Shown here one piece after another: positions 13,653 to 26,751 of a stretch of 64,000 nt of DNA. The position numbers and the translations under genes were made by a program. The DNA is from Perna viridis (Eukaryota): assembly GCA_037379345.1 (NCBI GenBank), contig CM074515.1, positions 21,576,001-21,640,000 on the forward strand, in the 5' to 3' direction. The notes below the pieces were generated by a model. That model saw only the letters and a program-made list of their open reading frames with translations, did not search any database and was not told the origin of the DNA. The number at the start of each line of letters is the position of its first letter. Position 1 is the stretch's first letter.

Positions 13653-15639
13653 GTAAGTTATACTAATTACTATCAAGTCAGAAATTATTGTGGTTCTTAC
13701 TATTGTTACTGACTTATTTTTGCAATGATAAAATTTTTTCACTCCATATGACAAAATTACAAAAGTACTGATTATATTGATAGTTAAGTCATGTGAAAAC
13801 ATTATTTGGTACATGTAAATTCTCAGTAATAAATTTGGAGAATTTCACACAGGAACTGTTGAAATTTTATAACCTGTCTTGAAAACTTGAACTGAAAAAG
13901 AAAACTACCATCAGAAAATGTAAGCTGTAAACAAAAAAAAAAAACCAGAGAATTGATTACCACTTAAAATATCCTAACCAAGTACCTTTATACTTGAGGT
14001 TTGGCCACTTGAATGTACATGAATTCACAAGTACATGTACATGCATAAGGTGAAGATTTAAGTTACACTAATTGTTTTTTCCTCAGGATTTTTTATTACT
14101 AATTTTGTACTATTTTTCATGGTTGCAATTTTCATTTTCTATTTTTAAAATTTTTGGAAAAAATTCAAGAACTTAAGAATTCTTTAAAAGATAATAGTTG
14201 TATTATGACAGTTTAAATACCAAGAAGGAGTGACTTGTATGGGTTTATGACATAATGTAAGACTGACTTCCGAAAACTATGACCCCGTTTGACATCAAAG
14301 GAAAAGCCCAATCAAATGAGAAACCGTGATAAAGTCATTATAATTGTGTAAAAACCTTGATCTTTTGTAAAAAGTTAGCGATCAGGTCATCCTTGTACAC
14401 CACTTTAATTTGTCTGGTGTATTTATTTATGTTTTTTAACAGGTTCAAGTTGCGTTGATCCGTCAACATATTTTACCTGTATGTACCTGTGTTAAATTAT
14501 TATCAAATTTGGTTTATCTTTTAATGGCCGATTCTCCTAAAGGATTACATCTTATTTATAACTTCTTGCCTTCATGGTAGGTATTTTACAAATGTTAAGA
14601 GAAGTCTTAAAATAATACATTAATATTTCTTACAAATGACAGCCTTTCCTTCATGAACTACTAGTAGTCATACCCAGTACAAACTGCTAGTTCCCTGAAA
14701 ATGCATGTATTTATATTAATTGACTTGTTTGAAATATTTTGATTTGTTTTGTTGACAGCTTGTAAACTCTTTTTCTTCTTTGAAGTGGGTTATAAGTTCA
14801 GTCATCTAGATTTCTATTTTGATTGACTTGTTTGGTAGGATGTCAAAGTTTGTCTTTAGTAAAGGTCCTTATTTTGTCATGATCCGATGTTGCTGACTGT
14901 CATGTTAGACTGTTGTTTGGAACATCATACTCTCTTACCTATTACTGTTCATTGGTTGATATGGGACATCCAAAATTAAGACTCACTATTACCAGACTTT
15001 CAATGAGTTCTGTCCTCTGCTGTGGTCTTAGTTGTCAGTTTAAATACTTCTACTGAATACTTCACTTTGTTACCCTTGTAGTACTTTATACAATTATATA
15101 AAGGATGCTCTAGACTTCAATGCTATAAGGGTTTTCCAAGTACTTTAGGTGGATCCAGGGATGGGGTTCAGGAATTCAGTGCCCCTTTATGTTCTAAAAA
15201 TTTGGTTCATTTTACAGAAAAAAAACCCCTAGAAATCACAGTAACAGGCCCCCCTTTTTGGATTCTCTGGAACCACCACTGAGTGCTAGCTTGTATCTAT
15301 TTATGTCCTACCTACACAACTTTTTGTCTATTAAATTCACGTCACATACATGCCTATCCTATTGAAACAAAATTAATATCAAGGTGCTAAAATGGTGCAT
15401 TCTTTGGAGCGTTTTTGGCATTTTAAGCAAAGTCAAAAAGACTCATATTTGATTTCAATAATAGCAGAAAAAAGACTTTGATATTCAAGTTAAACACTTT
15501 GGAGATTGACAACAATGTCAATAAACCAATACCTGGTAACATTTTGACTTTACTTTCAATAAGTCAGCATCCAATATGTTGCTGTCCAATCAATTTCTGT
15601 TTTGTGGGATTGCTGTACATACCGGATATATCTAATACA

Positions 15640-16900
15640 ACAATGCATGCCTTTAGATATTTGGACAATATTTTGGCTCTAAACAAAGATGACTTCAATA
15701 TTTATAATGAAGATATATATCCTGTAGAATTGTCTTTGAAAAAAAGGAATATTGATAAGAAAGAATTCCATTTCTTGATCATAGTATTCATATTGATAAT
15801 GGTAAACTTAATACATGTACTAAAATTTACAATAAAAGGGATGATTTTTCATTCCCAATTGTCAACTACATGTTTTAGATGGTGATGTCTCCTTGTCACC
15901 ATCATATGGTGTTTTCATATCACAATTGGTTTGATTTGCTCATATTTGTAACAGTGTTTTTGATTTTAACAAAATTAATCTTTATAGTACAGAGAAATTA
16001 TTACAACAAGCTCGTAAAAACATTCACAAAATTTTTAACTGATACAAGGAACTAATTCTCAAATACTAATGTACTTGTAAAGGATTAATGCATGCAGGTA
16101 TCTCTCACCCTTTGTTTTACAATCATATTCTACACAAAGCACAGAAAGTTTGATACTCACCCAATAAGTTAACTAAATTGTTGAATAGCCTCATTCATAA
16201 GGGATATTATTATGATATCATTGTCAAATCATTAAGGATAGCATTTTTGTTAATAGTGTTGATTCTGTCATAGGGTGTTTACACAGAAATTAAAACACTA
16301 TATTTAAAAGCAGTTTTTGGAATGACATGGGTTGTGTCCTTATTGTATGACTTATGATGTTCCATGGTTCTCAGCCCTACATGGGAAGAATTGGGATTGA
16401 TTTTACATATGATAGGGACATAACTATTTCTAGGGTTAAACTGGTCTGGAGCTGCTATGTCAGTTAACTGCTAGTAGTCGTTGGTTTGTACATTTGTGTA
16501 ATTTATTCTCAGTTTCTTTATTTCCCTTATAATAAGGGATTCATACCTTTTTAAACTGATTTTTTGAGGTGTGTTTAATTGTGTAAAATTTTTTCCACTG
16601 TGGCCAGATTTTAAAGAGGGAGAGTTGTGGTCACACCAAAGTATTTTACTGGTAACCCTGCCACATTTTTTGAGTCTGTCTCAAGTCAAACATTTCTGGC
16701 CTCTGCATGTCTTGTTTTGCAATTCATTCACTATACCTGTGTATAATGATACTTTGGGGTCAGCTGCAGCCTGCCCTGCTTGTGTGAGGGTTTCCTCATC
16801 ATCATTGAAGACCAATGGGTGGCCTTGGGATGCCATTCTCTTTGGTTTCCAATTTGTTTTGTTCTGACCCTGATGTTGCCATTTGTAGCATGGAGTTTAC
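15640..16900 (+). mobile_element. Decayed, 5'-truncated Penelope-like retroelement (Naiad-like): RT/thumb remnant plus 3' untranslated region
   Basis: Frameshifted peptides FRYLDNILALN..IYPVEL, KIYNKRDDFSFPIVNY, DGDVSLSPSYGVFISQLV*FA, KLLQQ, LVKTFTKF and GISHPLFY, ending HRN* at 16291-16293. No GIY-YIG motif is visible after the RT. Boundaries are approximate. Confidence 0.85.
16331..16424 (+). promoter_or_regulatory. SECIS-like (type II) RNA hairpin in the 3' UTR of the Penelope-like element, degenerate
   Basis: 19-bp helix 16331-16349 with 16406-16424, all Watson-Crick or G-U. Core ATGA (16354-16357) opposite TGA (16398-16400). Upper helix of about 11 bp; apical CCC/GGG ministem. The conserved AA is replaced by CAG. 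Confidence 0.6.
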
Positions 16901-17164
16901 TTTTGCCTATATTTTATCAATGCACAAGTATAATTGCTTGTGATGCCAAAGCAAGTTCCTGCATGCTTAATAACTTATGCAGCAATGGAGGGGTTTCTAA
17001 GACAGTAGTATTTTCGTTCTTTTCATGGCTGTATGAACTTTGTTTTACCCAAACACCTGATTCTGGATTTTCATTTAAAGATGATACTGGGTAAAATTGA
17101 AATTCGTGAAAAGTAATCAATATCCATGAAATTTTGACACACCATTCAGAGCTGCCTACTTGTA

Positions 17165-17858
17165 TTCTTAAAAATTGAAATGATAGTCACTGGTTTTCCA
17201 ACTGGCACACAGTATATGGGGAATAGAGTGATGAATGGTTGGCTTGGAGTCAGAATAACCTGTCCAAGTTGGATGACATACCTTACTGCAGACTGTTACT
17301 TCTGTTAGCTAGTATGATAAAGGTTCCACTAGTACTAGAATCTGTACAGGTGGTATCAGTCTTGTATTACATATTCCTGAGCGGGTGTATGTCTAAACAG
17401 GTTGGCTAAAAAATATAGTGCGCTTCCTTTTTGCCTTTTCCTGTTTTTGTTTCATTTTTCATCACAAGTACAGGGTAAATATTAATCTATGACACAAAAA
17501 ATTTGTTTTTGAGAAAAAACAGTATTTTCATGAAAAATAATGCTTCAGAAAAGGGGTCTATTTTATGAACTCAAAATAAAAGTGAAAGTAGAAAAGTCTA
17601 TTTTTAGTTTGACCTGTCCTGGTGTACCAAAATTTGTGCCTTTTTTTTCTAAAATGGACCTAAAAATTATTTTTGACATTTCCTTAATTGAAAAACATGG
17701 TCAAGAGTTAGATTAAAACTCCTTGCCTATTTTTTTAAAAATCATGAAAATTTAAGGTATACTATAGAAGCCTATGGGGCAAAGAATACTAGACTGAGAC
17801 CAGGTGGTTCAACAGTCATAAAATATCTGCCATAGGATGTTAGACAATAATTAATCAA
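17165..17858 (+). mobile_element. SINE copy interrupted by a MITE
   Basis: SINE body (tagtcactg..., tggttggcttggagtcagaataa, gctagtatgataaa) at 17165-17351. Tail (ctgccataggatgttagacaataattaatcaa) resumes after 17801. Confidence 0.6.
17352..17801. mobile_element. Non-autonomous DNA transposon with 17-bp TIRs, nested in a SINE
   Basis: Left end ggtatcagtcttgtatt versus reverse complement of right end ggtctcagtctagtatt (15/17); AGGT direct repeat on both sides. Confidence 0.65.
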
Positions 17859-19106
17859 GTAATAAAAGGGTTCCAAGTCTGAATCTACTCCACATTAAAA
17901 TTTACTGGTGAAATATTGACAAATGAACATAAACTAAATGTACTACAAAGTGGTAGGTGGTTTACAGGTTGTTTTGTCTTGAAGATTTGTTTTTATTGTT
18001 GTAGGAGTAAGATTTATGTCTCATATGAACATTTCAATCACTTCACATCTGTCTCTATCCAAAGAAAGACTTTGATCAATCAGCTGGTTGATTTATCAAT
18101 ACTTGTCACATTCAATCACTTTATGTTGCCCTGATAAAAAGGTACTTTGAATGCAACAAGGGGGCTGTAACATCCCTTCAATGCTGTGTTGTAATTTTTA
18201 GTACAAGGTAGCTAGTCTGATTCACCTTTCAAGTTTAATGACATTTGATTTCTAAAAGTGTAATATTCAGGGCCACAGAGTGACTGGTTTAGAGATTCCA
18301 CAATATAGATGTCACAGAAGAAAACTCCTCTAAAACAGAAAATTAAAAAAAAACTCCCTCCACCAACCCCTCCTCTATCCTATGCAAAAATGTACCTTGG
18401 TGTAAACATTTTCCACTGTATTAGCGACACATTTGCAGCAGTAACTGAGAACACTCCTCAAAAATAGGACATACATGTATCAAAATACACCCCCCTCTCT
18501 TCTGTTACAAAATGCCTTGGTTCATACAGATTCCATTGTACTGGTGTCACATTTACATCAGTAACTGAGAACAGTTCTCCTTTTAAACAGGAAATGTAAA
18601 AATACAAAGTACCCTGGACATTTTCAGCAGTTAAACAGGAAATATCTCATTACCATTTACGTTTACTTCTATAAGCAGTAAAATCTACTTGAGTACATAA
18701 ATATTTATCTTTCATAAATGGGAAGTCACATATACATGTTAAAACATCTCAAGAAAAACAGCTATAAAACTTGTAATATTCTCCAACTATTCATGAACTG
18801 TCATCTTCTCGTCAGGTTTTTAATGACTAAGTGACATTGATTTCTGTGTGTTATGGTCTGTGCCTATATGATGGGAGTTTTCAACATAGATTTAGTGTAA
18901 ATACTGTGAAAATGGGAAGAATGGGGAAAGTAGCTTTTACATTCACATCATGTTTCCTCCTGAAAACTGTAAGTTTTGTTTCATTAATTTTATCTTTCCT
19001 CTTAAAGTTTGAATTTGTTCTAGTTTATGATAAAGCATGAAAACATTATAAACAAACACTGATGGTGTTAGTGTAGGAAAACAGTAACCATCATCTCTAC
19101 ATAGTC

Positions 19107-19343
19107 ATTTGGACGTAGTTGTGACAATTGGCTAGAGTTGTGACATTTTGACACAGTTGTGTCAATTGGATAAGGTTGTGACATTTGGCCACCATTGTGA
19201 CATTTGACCATTATTGTGATATTTGACCAAAGTTTTGACAAGTTACCAAGGTTGTGACATGACATTTGGCAATGGTTGTGGCATTAGGCCTCAGTTGTGA
19301 CATTGTGATATTATTTTGCCACCATTGTGACATTTGACCATAG
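19107..19343. repeat. Degenerate minisatellite of about 20 bp (about 12 copies)
   Basis: Recurrent (g/a)ttgtgacattt(g)acca core. Confidence 0.85.
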
Positions 19344-19418
19344 CTTTTGTTTTCAATGATAACAGACCAAACTAAAATATAAAAATGTTTTGGAAAGTGC
19401 ATTAATGTACTTACTGAA

Positions 19419-19798
19419 GTAGTCATTTTAAGAATCATGCAAATTATGTAAAATGTGATACACCTAAAAAAGGCTACACATTTTTATTTTTGTTATTAAG
19501 TTGCTTTATAGGTCTATATGATGTAGTGTGTAATTATTCATTCCAATCTGTCTGCTCTAAGGAGATAATCCACACAGAAAATTCAATAGTTTCTAATGTA
19601 TTTTAGTGTCATTTACAAAGTTATCTCCTTTAATTTTGAAGTCTACAGAACATTCTATATAATTTTTATCACCTATGAACATAGATTATATGAAAAATCA
19701 CATGTTACTTTCTCTTTACTATGACATTTTAAACAAAATATCAAAAATAAAAATATGTAGGCTTTCCAACCTTGTATGCTTTTTATGTGGAGTGCTAC
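19419..19798 (+). mobile_element. TTAA-flanked MITE (about 380-400 bp family), copy 1
   Basis: GTAG...CTAC ends with subterminal AAGAATCATGCAAA; collinear with 21581-21980 and, reversed, with 30173-30550. Confidence 0.75.
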
Positions 19799-20069
19799 TT
19801 AACAGTCAACATAGTACTGCTAATAAAGGGATCTGTTTACTCAACCATACATACAAAATACATGTATTTAACTCATTATCGATCAACAAACATTACTCAT
19901 AGAATGTGATTATGGATATTTGTTATATTATTGTAAATAGGTATTAAGAACTTTTACATTTATATCATAGTAACCAAGCTCTGATTATAATTTGGGCCAT
20001 CTTTCTCATTTTAACTTAAATTGTAACATAAATTTGACCAGTGCTAAACACATCTTCCTTTATTTTCAG

Positions 20070-20195
20070 GATTCAAATAACAGTCAACAGTTGGACAAAT
20101 TGAAGCAGACAAAAGCAGAGCTAGTGAAGAATATAGCTTCTCTTAAACAACAGATTGTTGATATCGAAACTCAGGAAAATGAAGCTCTTAGAGAG
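20070..20195 (+). CDS. PHLDB: PHLDB-like coiled-coil exon (DSNNSQQLDKLKQ...ENEALRE)
   Basis: tattttcag|GAT ... GAG|gtttgt; 126 bp, phase 0/0; coiled-coil composition. Confidence 0.9.
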
Positions 20196-21580
20196 GTTTG
20201 TGAATTTATAGACAATAATAAAATCGATAGAAAGACAGGCTATTTTAACAAGATGGATTAATGGTATTTGTGTCTATTATATTACAGTTTATATAGATTT
20301 CTTCTGAGCCTTCAGGTTTTTAAATTATTGGTGGACTGAGGTCCAGGACATTCAATTTCTGACCAAGGACCATTGTAGTTTCTGGACTTTTAGCCCTTTT
20401 CATTGTCACCTTTTTGAGGACTTTTGGTTTTACTCAAGTGATCCTTTGATTTGAAACTTGCACAAGTCCAAGACTTTCCACCAGTGAAAGGAATTTTTAT
20501 CCTTGGTCCTTCTTTATGGGTTGGGCATATGTTTTTCTGCTGTCTCTATCTGGATCAATGTCTGTTTTGTGGGACTTTTGATCCCTTCATGTGAATAATT
20601 TGAAGTTTAGTATAGATCTCCAGCATTAAAGATTTAAATGTGTATTGGTTATATCTTGCTCACACATAAACCTCTTATTTACTGGAGTGGCTGCCTATGT
20701 TCATTGATGTCCAAATTGCATGTAGTTTTCCTATGATAATGGAGTCACACTCATTAACAGGACCGGCAATCCTGACCTGAACATAGATGAATATACATGA
20801 GTTGATGTTTTGGCTCTGAAGGGACAAAATTTTAATAAGATATTCTTTAGGATTTTCATAAAATGGTTTTTAATCTCCATGTTTTGTTTTAAGTCTGAAT
20901 GTCTTGATTTTTTTCTAGTCCCTGGCATATAATATACATGTACTGAAAATGTACTCTACACAATACATATTTATACATGTGTGCAAGTATAGAAAAGATA
21001 CACACATCAATAAGGAACATTTTTTTATACATTATGTGCATGTACTTCACTTTTATAAGTACAAACAAAATAGCTTGTTCAAAATAAAAGCATGGTTTTG
21101 AAATTGGAATATACTGGTACAATAAGTGTATGAAAATATTCTACTACTACACATCGAAATGTGCCACATATGGTGCTCAATTCATATGATAATCACATGG
21201 TAATCTTTTGATAATTTACTAATGATAGTCAAATGATGTGATTCCCAAATGCTATGGTAATTTTGGCAAGTAAATAAATGGTAATCATATGTTTGGGAAA
21301 AAACATATGATTATCTTATCACACTTGTTTCATATGATTTTCATATGTTGCAAACATATGATTCGTATTTGTAGAATTTTTGGCTGTGTATGCAAAAAAC
21401 CAGCATTACCAATGGTACAAACAATAGGGAATCCTACAACAAAACAGTATCAGGAATATTAAATTAAAAGTAGATTAAGACCAAGTCATACAATACAAAG
21501 AAACTAAAAGTACACACAGTAAAAAATAACAACAGAAATAATCAACAAATGGTAACTTTTGAATTTAACATAATGATTAA

Positions 21581-21980
21581 GTAGCTGTCTTTGTAAGAAT
21601 CATGCAAAATCTGAAAAAAAAATGTGATACACCCTAAAAAAGGCTGCATATTTTTATTTTTGTAATTAAGTTGTTTTATGGGTCAATATTATGAAATGTG
21701 TAATTATTCATTCAAATCTGCCTGCTCTTGGGAGATAATAAACAATGAAAATCCAGTAGATTCTATTGTATTTGAGCGTCATTTACAGAGTTATCTCCCT
21801 TAATTTTGAAATCTACAATGCATTCTATATAATTTTTATCTCCTAAGAACACAGATTATATGAAAAACTGAATGTTAATTTCTGTTTACTATGGCAATTC
21901 AGACAAAATATCAAAAATAAAAATATGTAGGCTTTTTACCCATGAATCACATTTTGCATGATTCTTAGCTGGAGTGCTAC
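21581..21980 (+). mobile_element. TTAA-flanked MITE, copy 2
   Basis: TTAA|GTAG..TAAGAATCATGCAAA ... TTTGCATGATTCTTA..CTAC|ATAA; ends about 60 bp before the exon at 22043. Confidence 0.75.
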
Positions 21981-22042
21981 ATAAGTAGATGAAAGTTTTC
22001 TGCAATGTAGTTGGTATAATATAAATGTTTGGGCTGTTGTAG

Positions 22043-22180
22043 TTGGAAATGGAACGAGCATTACTGGAAGGGGAACACAAAACTGAGATGGAAGAATTAC
22101 AACAGGAGCAAGAAAGGATCAACACACTTAAAATCCAACAAGCAGAACTCATAGAGAAATCAGCAAAAGAACGAGAAAAG
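22043..22180 (+). CDS. PHLDB: PHLDB-like coiled-coil exon (LEMERALLEGEHKTE...KEREK)
   Basis: ttgtag|TTG ... AAG|gtatac; 138 bp, phase 0/0; EMERALLEGE matches the LL5 signature EMERALLQGE. Confidence 0.93.
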
Positions 22181-23757
22181 GTATACAAGATTCAAGCTAT
22201 GTTAGTTACTGATGGCATATGAGAAATTTTTATAAATCTTTCTCCAAACTATTCCACTAAACAGGCAAACAAACAAATTTTGTGATGGTCTTCACATGAA
22301 ATTTATGTGAATTGAACCTTCACATTAAACTGATGCGAATTGAGTCTTCACATGAAGTTCATGTGAGACTTTCATGAAAATCTTGTTAACCAATTTCCAT
22401 GTGAAAACACATAATATTTCATGTTAAATTCATATGAATTTCAGGTGAGTCTTGATTCACATGAATGTAAACTATTTTTGCCATTGTACTGGGTAGTCTA
22501 TGGGTATAATTAAAAATAAAATATTATGGTATATTGAAGTTTCAAGACCTTTTTAGTGTCTGTACATCAAAAGATCTATATATTTCAAGATGACCAATGG
22601 GTGTTTTTGGTGGTAGTTCACATTATGACCTGTTAAAAAATTAGGATTATCAATTAAAAGTAGATTATACTCATAAAAATTATCAATTAACAAAAAATCA
22701 TTGGTTTTTGATTAGTACTTGATCATATAATTGATTTAGAATTTTAAAAAAATATTAAATAACTTCCATTACATAAAGTTTCATGATCCTGCTGAAAAAA
22801 GAACCAACGAGGGGTCTGTTTTTTAAAATAAAATATTAGGGATACACGTAGAGACAAAATAACCCAGGAAAATGTACTCTTTATTTTTATTAAAATTACT
22901 CTAAATTTTTTTCATTAATGCAGGCAATACTGTTGGTTAGTATATTGTTACGTGCTGCACCTACATGTGCATGTTCTATTTTTGTCGTGAACCCGGCTGC
23001 ACTTACATGTGCATGCTCCATTTTTGTCATGACTGCTTGCCAGTAAATCCAGTATGTCTATATTTAGGTTTTTAAAATATGTTTATGTTTCACAACTAAA
23101 ATATCATTCCAGTATCGTATTCACCGCTGTATCTATCTGTTAAAATCTGAATCATAAATATATGGAAAAAATTCTCCACTGTTTGATGAGTGGTGTCAGT
23201 TTTCAGTTATCTTGTGTGTAAGATGTCGGTGATATGAGGGGATGTCTTTATATGAATGCATATCTTTATACCATTGATATTGTTGTTGATGATAATATGA
23301 ACATTTTCATAAATACCAAGAACATCCGTACATGATACCCTGTGTCTCAATGGTATTAAAATTCATAGCTTTTGAATGATTCTTTATGGTGATTTTAATA
23401 TATACAAGTTATGAATATTTTACATTGACCTGAGTCAGTGGTTGTTAAGTTATGGATTCTTTATACTGACTTTTTGATAATGTTATAGATTTTTGAGTCT
23501 TTCATAAAGATATGACTCACAATAGTGCAATGCAATGGGTTCATCCTTTTACAGGTATTTTTAGACACAACTCTGAGATAATTGATTGGATTTTGGTTTG
23601 CGTACATGAAGTTGATCATTATCTTATTATCATCATTTTTTTGATTTGAATAATTTTATGAGAGTTATGGGACTTACATGCATTACTTTTTTTAATTCAG
23701 CAGGAAACCTATGGCAGTGTGTAGCAACTTTGTGAGAAAAAAAAAAAATAATAAAAT

Positions 23758-23983
23758 AAAATCCAAAGTTATGGTATATTTATGGAAGCTTGGAGTGCTA
23801 GATATGAATCCTTTTCTTCACCTGACCTTTTCTGTACCTTTAAATTGATGGACACTAGTCAGAGTATATAAAAATTCCAAAGTTATTGTATATTTATGGA
23901 AGCTTTGGGTGCTAGATGTGAATCCTTTTCTTCATCTGAATTTTTCTGTACCTGTATATTGAGTGACGTTGGTCAGAGTATAT
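23758..23983. repeat. 114-bp tandem duplication
   Basis: tccaaagttat.gtatatttatggaagctt...gtcagagtatat occurs at 23762 and 23876. Confidence 0.9.
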
Positions 23984-26187
23984 CAGTGGTTGTCATGACT
24001 ATAAGTATCTTAAACTGAAAGTTTTAAAAATCTACCAAGTCTAATTCAGTTTTTGTGTCCTGAGGTCAATTGAAATACAATCTCCTGCACAAAGGGTATA
24101 TTCCCTATCTCAAAGCTGTACACCTCTGTCACACTCCGTATTTAACTCCACCCCTTTATGCAAATTAGTACAGTGCACTGGAAACAGCTTCACAGATTTG
24201 CAATGAGCAATGGGGAGTGGTACATAGAGAAACATGAATTTGTTATAGGTCTGGGGAGGAGATTGGTTGAAATAGTGTGATATGACCTATATACTATCAG
24301 TTTTACTAGTACTACTTTCTGTGAATTCCTCTGTCATTCTCCTGGGTCCCCATAAAACTTTGCATGAGGCATTTTGTGCATTTTATTATGTAATTTAAAC
24401 ATACAGGTAGTATTTTATTAGTTTGTCCATTCTGCTTGTGAGGAAGAGAACTTGAAATTAAAGTTAACATAAAAAAAATTAGCACCTTCCCAAAAAGATT
24501 ATAATAAATCCATGAAAGTAACAAATATTGTTGACTTGTTAACACATTTTTAGTAACCTTGATATAAAATATACTTTGAATCCTTTTCTTACATGATAGG
24601 ATATTTTAAGTGCTAAACAGTTCAAAACGTTTTCTCAGAAAATGATTTTATTTCGAATGGTATGAGACCTACAGTATAATCCTACATACAGTATTAGGTT
24701 CTCTGGGATTGGCCCCTAGTGTAAACCAACAGGAAGTTTTGTCTTTCATTTACCGGTAAACTGTAGTTTTTTTTGGTCTATTTAAAGTGAAAATGTGAAA
24801 GAAAATATTAACAAGATAACTAATGAGGAAAGTGATTTATTTATTGCATGTAATCAAATAATGTTTTAGAGTGTCAAATCTGGTATGATTAATGATATTT
24901 TTTATGTAATTAATGCATTGAAAAATGTTAATCAATGCATGTAATATGTATCTGTGTAACATTTTAGAAAATAACCAATAATGACATTGTTATTTTCATT
25001 CTGTATACCCCTGGTATATTGATTTTTGTACATGAAGTGCATGCATCCTTAAAAAAATAGGAAATGTTGTAGAAAGTGGAAGAATTCCAGCAGCCATTTG
25101 AAATTGTGTTTTTTTTACTATTGTTAAGAGGGCTTTCCCTAGCTTACTGTAAGTGTTAGTTGTGCTTCTTGGCATCACTATATTTTTTATGTGACCCTTC
25201 TTTATGTAATTTTACTATGAGTACACACGTTTTTCCCTCTACACTTTGACTTATAGATTTTTACTTGTAAGGGAGTGATACATCCTTGTTTTTCAGTTAG
25301 GGTTCACATCATCACAATATAAACAACTAAAATTCCATGTTAGAAAATCATTTAAACCTGAGTGCTGCGGTAGGTTCCAGGAACATTGAAACTTCCTTTT
25401 CCACAATACATCAAATTGGTTTAAGACCTCCTTGTTTATCCTATTGATCTCATTACTTGACTTCCATGCTCCTGTGATGGCCATTAAAAATGGTTGGACT
25501 TGAATAGACAGCAACAGTGGAGATTATTTGATGATTCTGGCTACCCAGATTATCAAGCAGATAGGCTAGATATAAATTTAACAAAGAATTAAAAGCTGAT
25601 AACGGGATGTATATTTTTAAAAAATCCCAACCTTGATTAGAAATTAAAAGCTCCACATGAGTTGAATGTAAAAGTTCTTATGGTGAAATTTATTACATAT
25701 TCCTGAACACTGAATTCTAAAAGTTTTCTAGCTTTTATAATAAATGTTCAAATTTGATGGCATACTTAAAAGATTTTCATATACCAGTATTTTATGAAAG
25801 TGGGTTAAATACATTCAAAGTGAGCTTTCAAATGCTCTTGCTAGAGAATCACTTCAAGCTTTCTGTCTTAATTATGAAAATAAGTTATGAGGTGTTTTTG
25901 AGATATATGGACTGTAAATTTAAATGTGGAGAGTGAGCATAAGCTTGAAATATATTGAAGAAAATGTGAAGATTTATTATGGCATCTCCACTGCTTCAAA
26001 TTTATATACATTACTTAATGGAACAAAATGTTAAATATATCATTGAAAAAACGGTTAGATTTGCTGAAGAATTGATAGAGATTTTTTTATATTTTGTATA
26101 TTTCATATTGAAATTGTGAGGTTAAATCTGTTTTCCCAGTGTATTTTTACTGTTTTGGCTGAATATATGAACTTTGTTATTTTTAAG

Positions 26188-26379
26188 GAGATTGAGATAA
26201 TGGATAGAAAACAGGAAGAACTTTTCAGTCTAGAAAAGAAACATTTTGAGACTGAACAGTTACTCTCCAGTTGTAAACAGGATGAACAAGATCAGATCAA
26301 GGACCAGTTCGATAGGGAGCAAGAATTAATTGACCAGAAACGGAAGGATTTTGATGATCTGGAATTCAAACAACTGGAG
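26188..26379 (+). CDS. PHLDB: PHLDB-like coiled-coil exon (EIEIMDRKQEE...KDFDDLEFKQLE)
   Basis: ttttaag|GAG ... GAG|gtaatg; 192 bp, phase 0/0; FDDLEFKQLE matches LL5 FEDLEFQQLE. Confidence 0.93.
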
Positions 26380-26393
26380 GTAATGTTTTAATA

Positions 26394-26751
26394 CAGTGAA
26401 ATATATCTAAACTGAACTTCTTTGGACTGTAGAATTTGGTCGCTTATCCTACCGGTGCACCTGGTCCATGCTCCCAATTTTTAGTGGAGTCCGAGTTGCT
26501 CATTTGTTTTTGTTACTTTGTATGTATGATTTTAGTTACTTTATGTTCATTGTTGTGTATGTCTGCTTTCCATGTCTGGTCTTTGTCCCTGGATTACATT
26601 CATTTGATTACCGCTATAACCTTGGTTCCCTTAATTGCTCTTAGACAGGTGTTTGGGTCATCCAGGTTCAAAATACATTTGGACTGACACAATGGGAATT
26701 CTGAATATGTCTGGTTAAGACAGGTTTTCGGTTTAATCAGGGATTTTACTG
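26394..26751. mobile_element. Tc1/mariner-pogo-like MITE (TA|CAGT...ACTG|TA) carrying a nested insertion
   Basis: Same family as 44331-44508 (opposite orientation); interrupted at about 26442-26640; starts 14 bp into the intron after exon 26188-26379. Confidence 0.65.
26442..26640 (+). mobile_element. Dispersed repeat, probably a Penelope-associated terminal fragment, copy 1
   Basis: Highly similar to 34015-34217 (ccggt.cacctggtccatgctccc..ggagtccgagttgctcatt..ggtctttgtccctggattac). Family assignment is from recognition only. Confidence 0.65.

Noticed and set aside
10914-13712. 932-aa ORF as a complete single-exon gene
   Set aside because: Starts at GTG just after a strong acceptor and runs past a strong donor at 13653; it is an internal exon.
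15925-16160. In-frame TGA codons in the Penelope RT remnant as selenocysteine
   Set aside because: At least SQLV*FA falls where Arg is expected, so CGA>TGA deamination is the simpler explanation; the copy is also frameshifted.
16755-16830. Hammerhead ribozyme in the Penelope 3' region
   Set aside because: No intact CUGANGA...GAAA core is visible in this decayed copy.
21889-22188. Minus-strand ORFs antisense to exons (also 11159-11566, 13022-13219, 58062-58789)
   Set aside because: Antisense shadows of the + strand coding sequence with no independent support.
21149-22487. Clusters of CATATG (21149-21389) and TTCACATGAA (22261-22487) palindromes as E-box enhancers
   Set aside because: More simply explained as subterminal repeats of decayed non-autonomous transposons; boundaries too uncertain to annotate.
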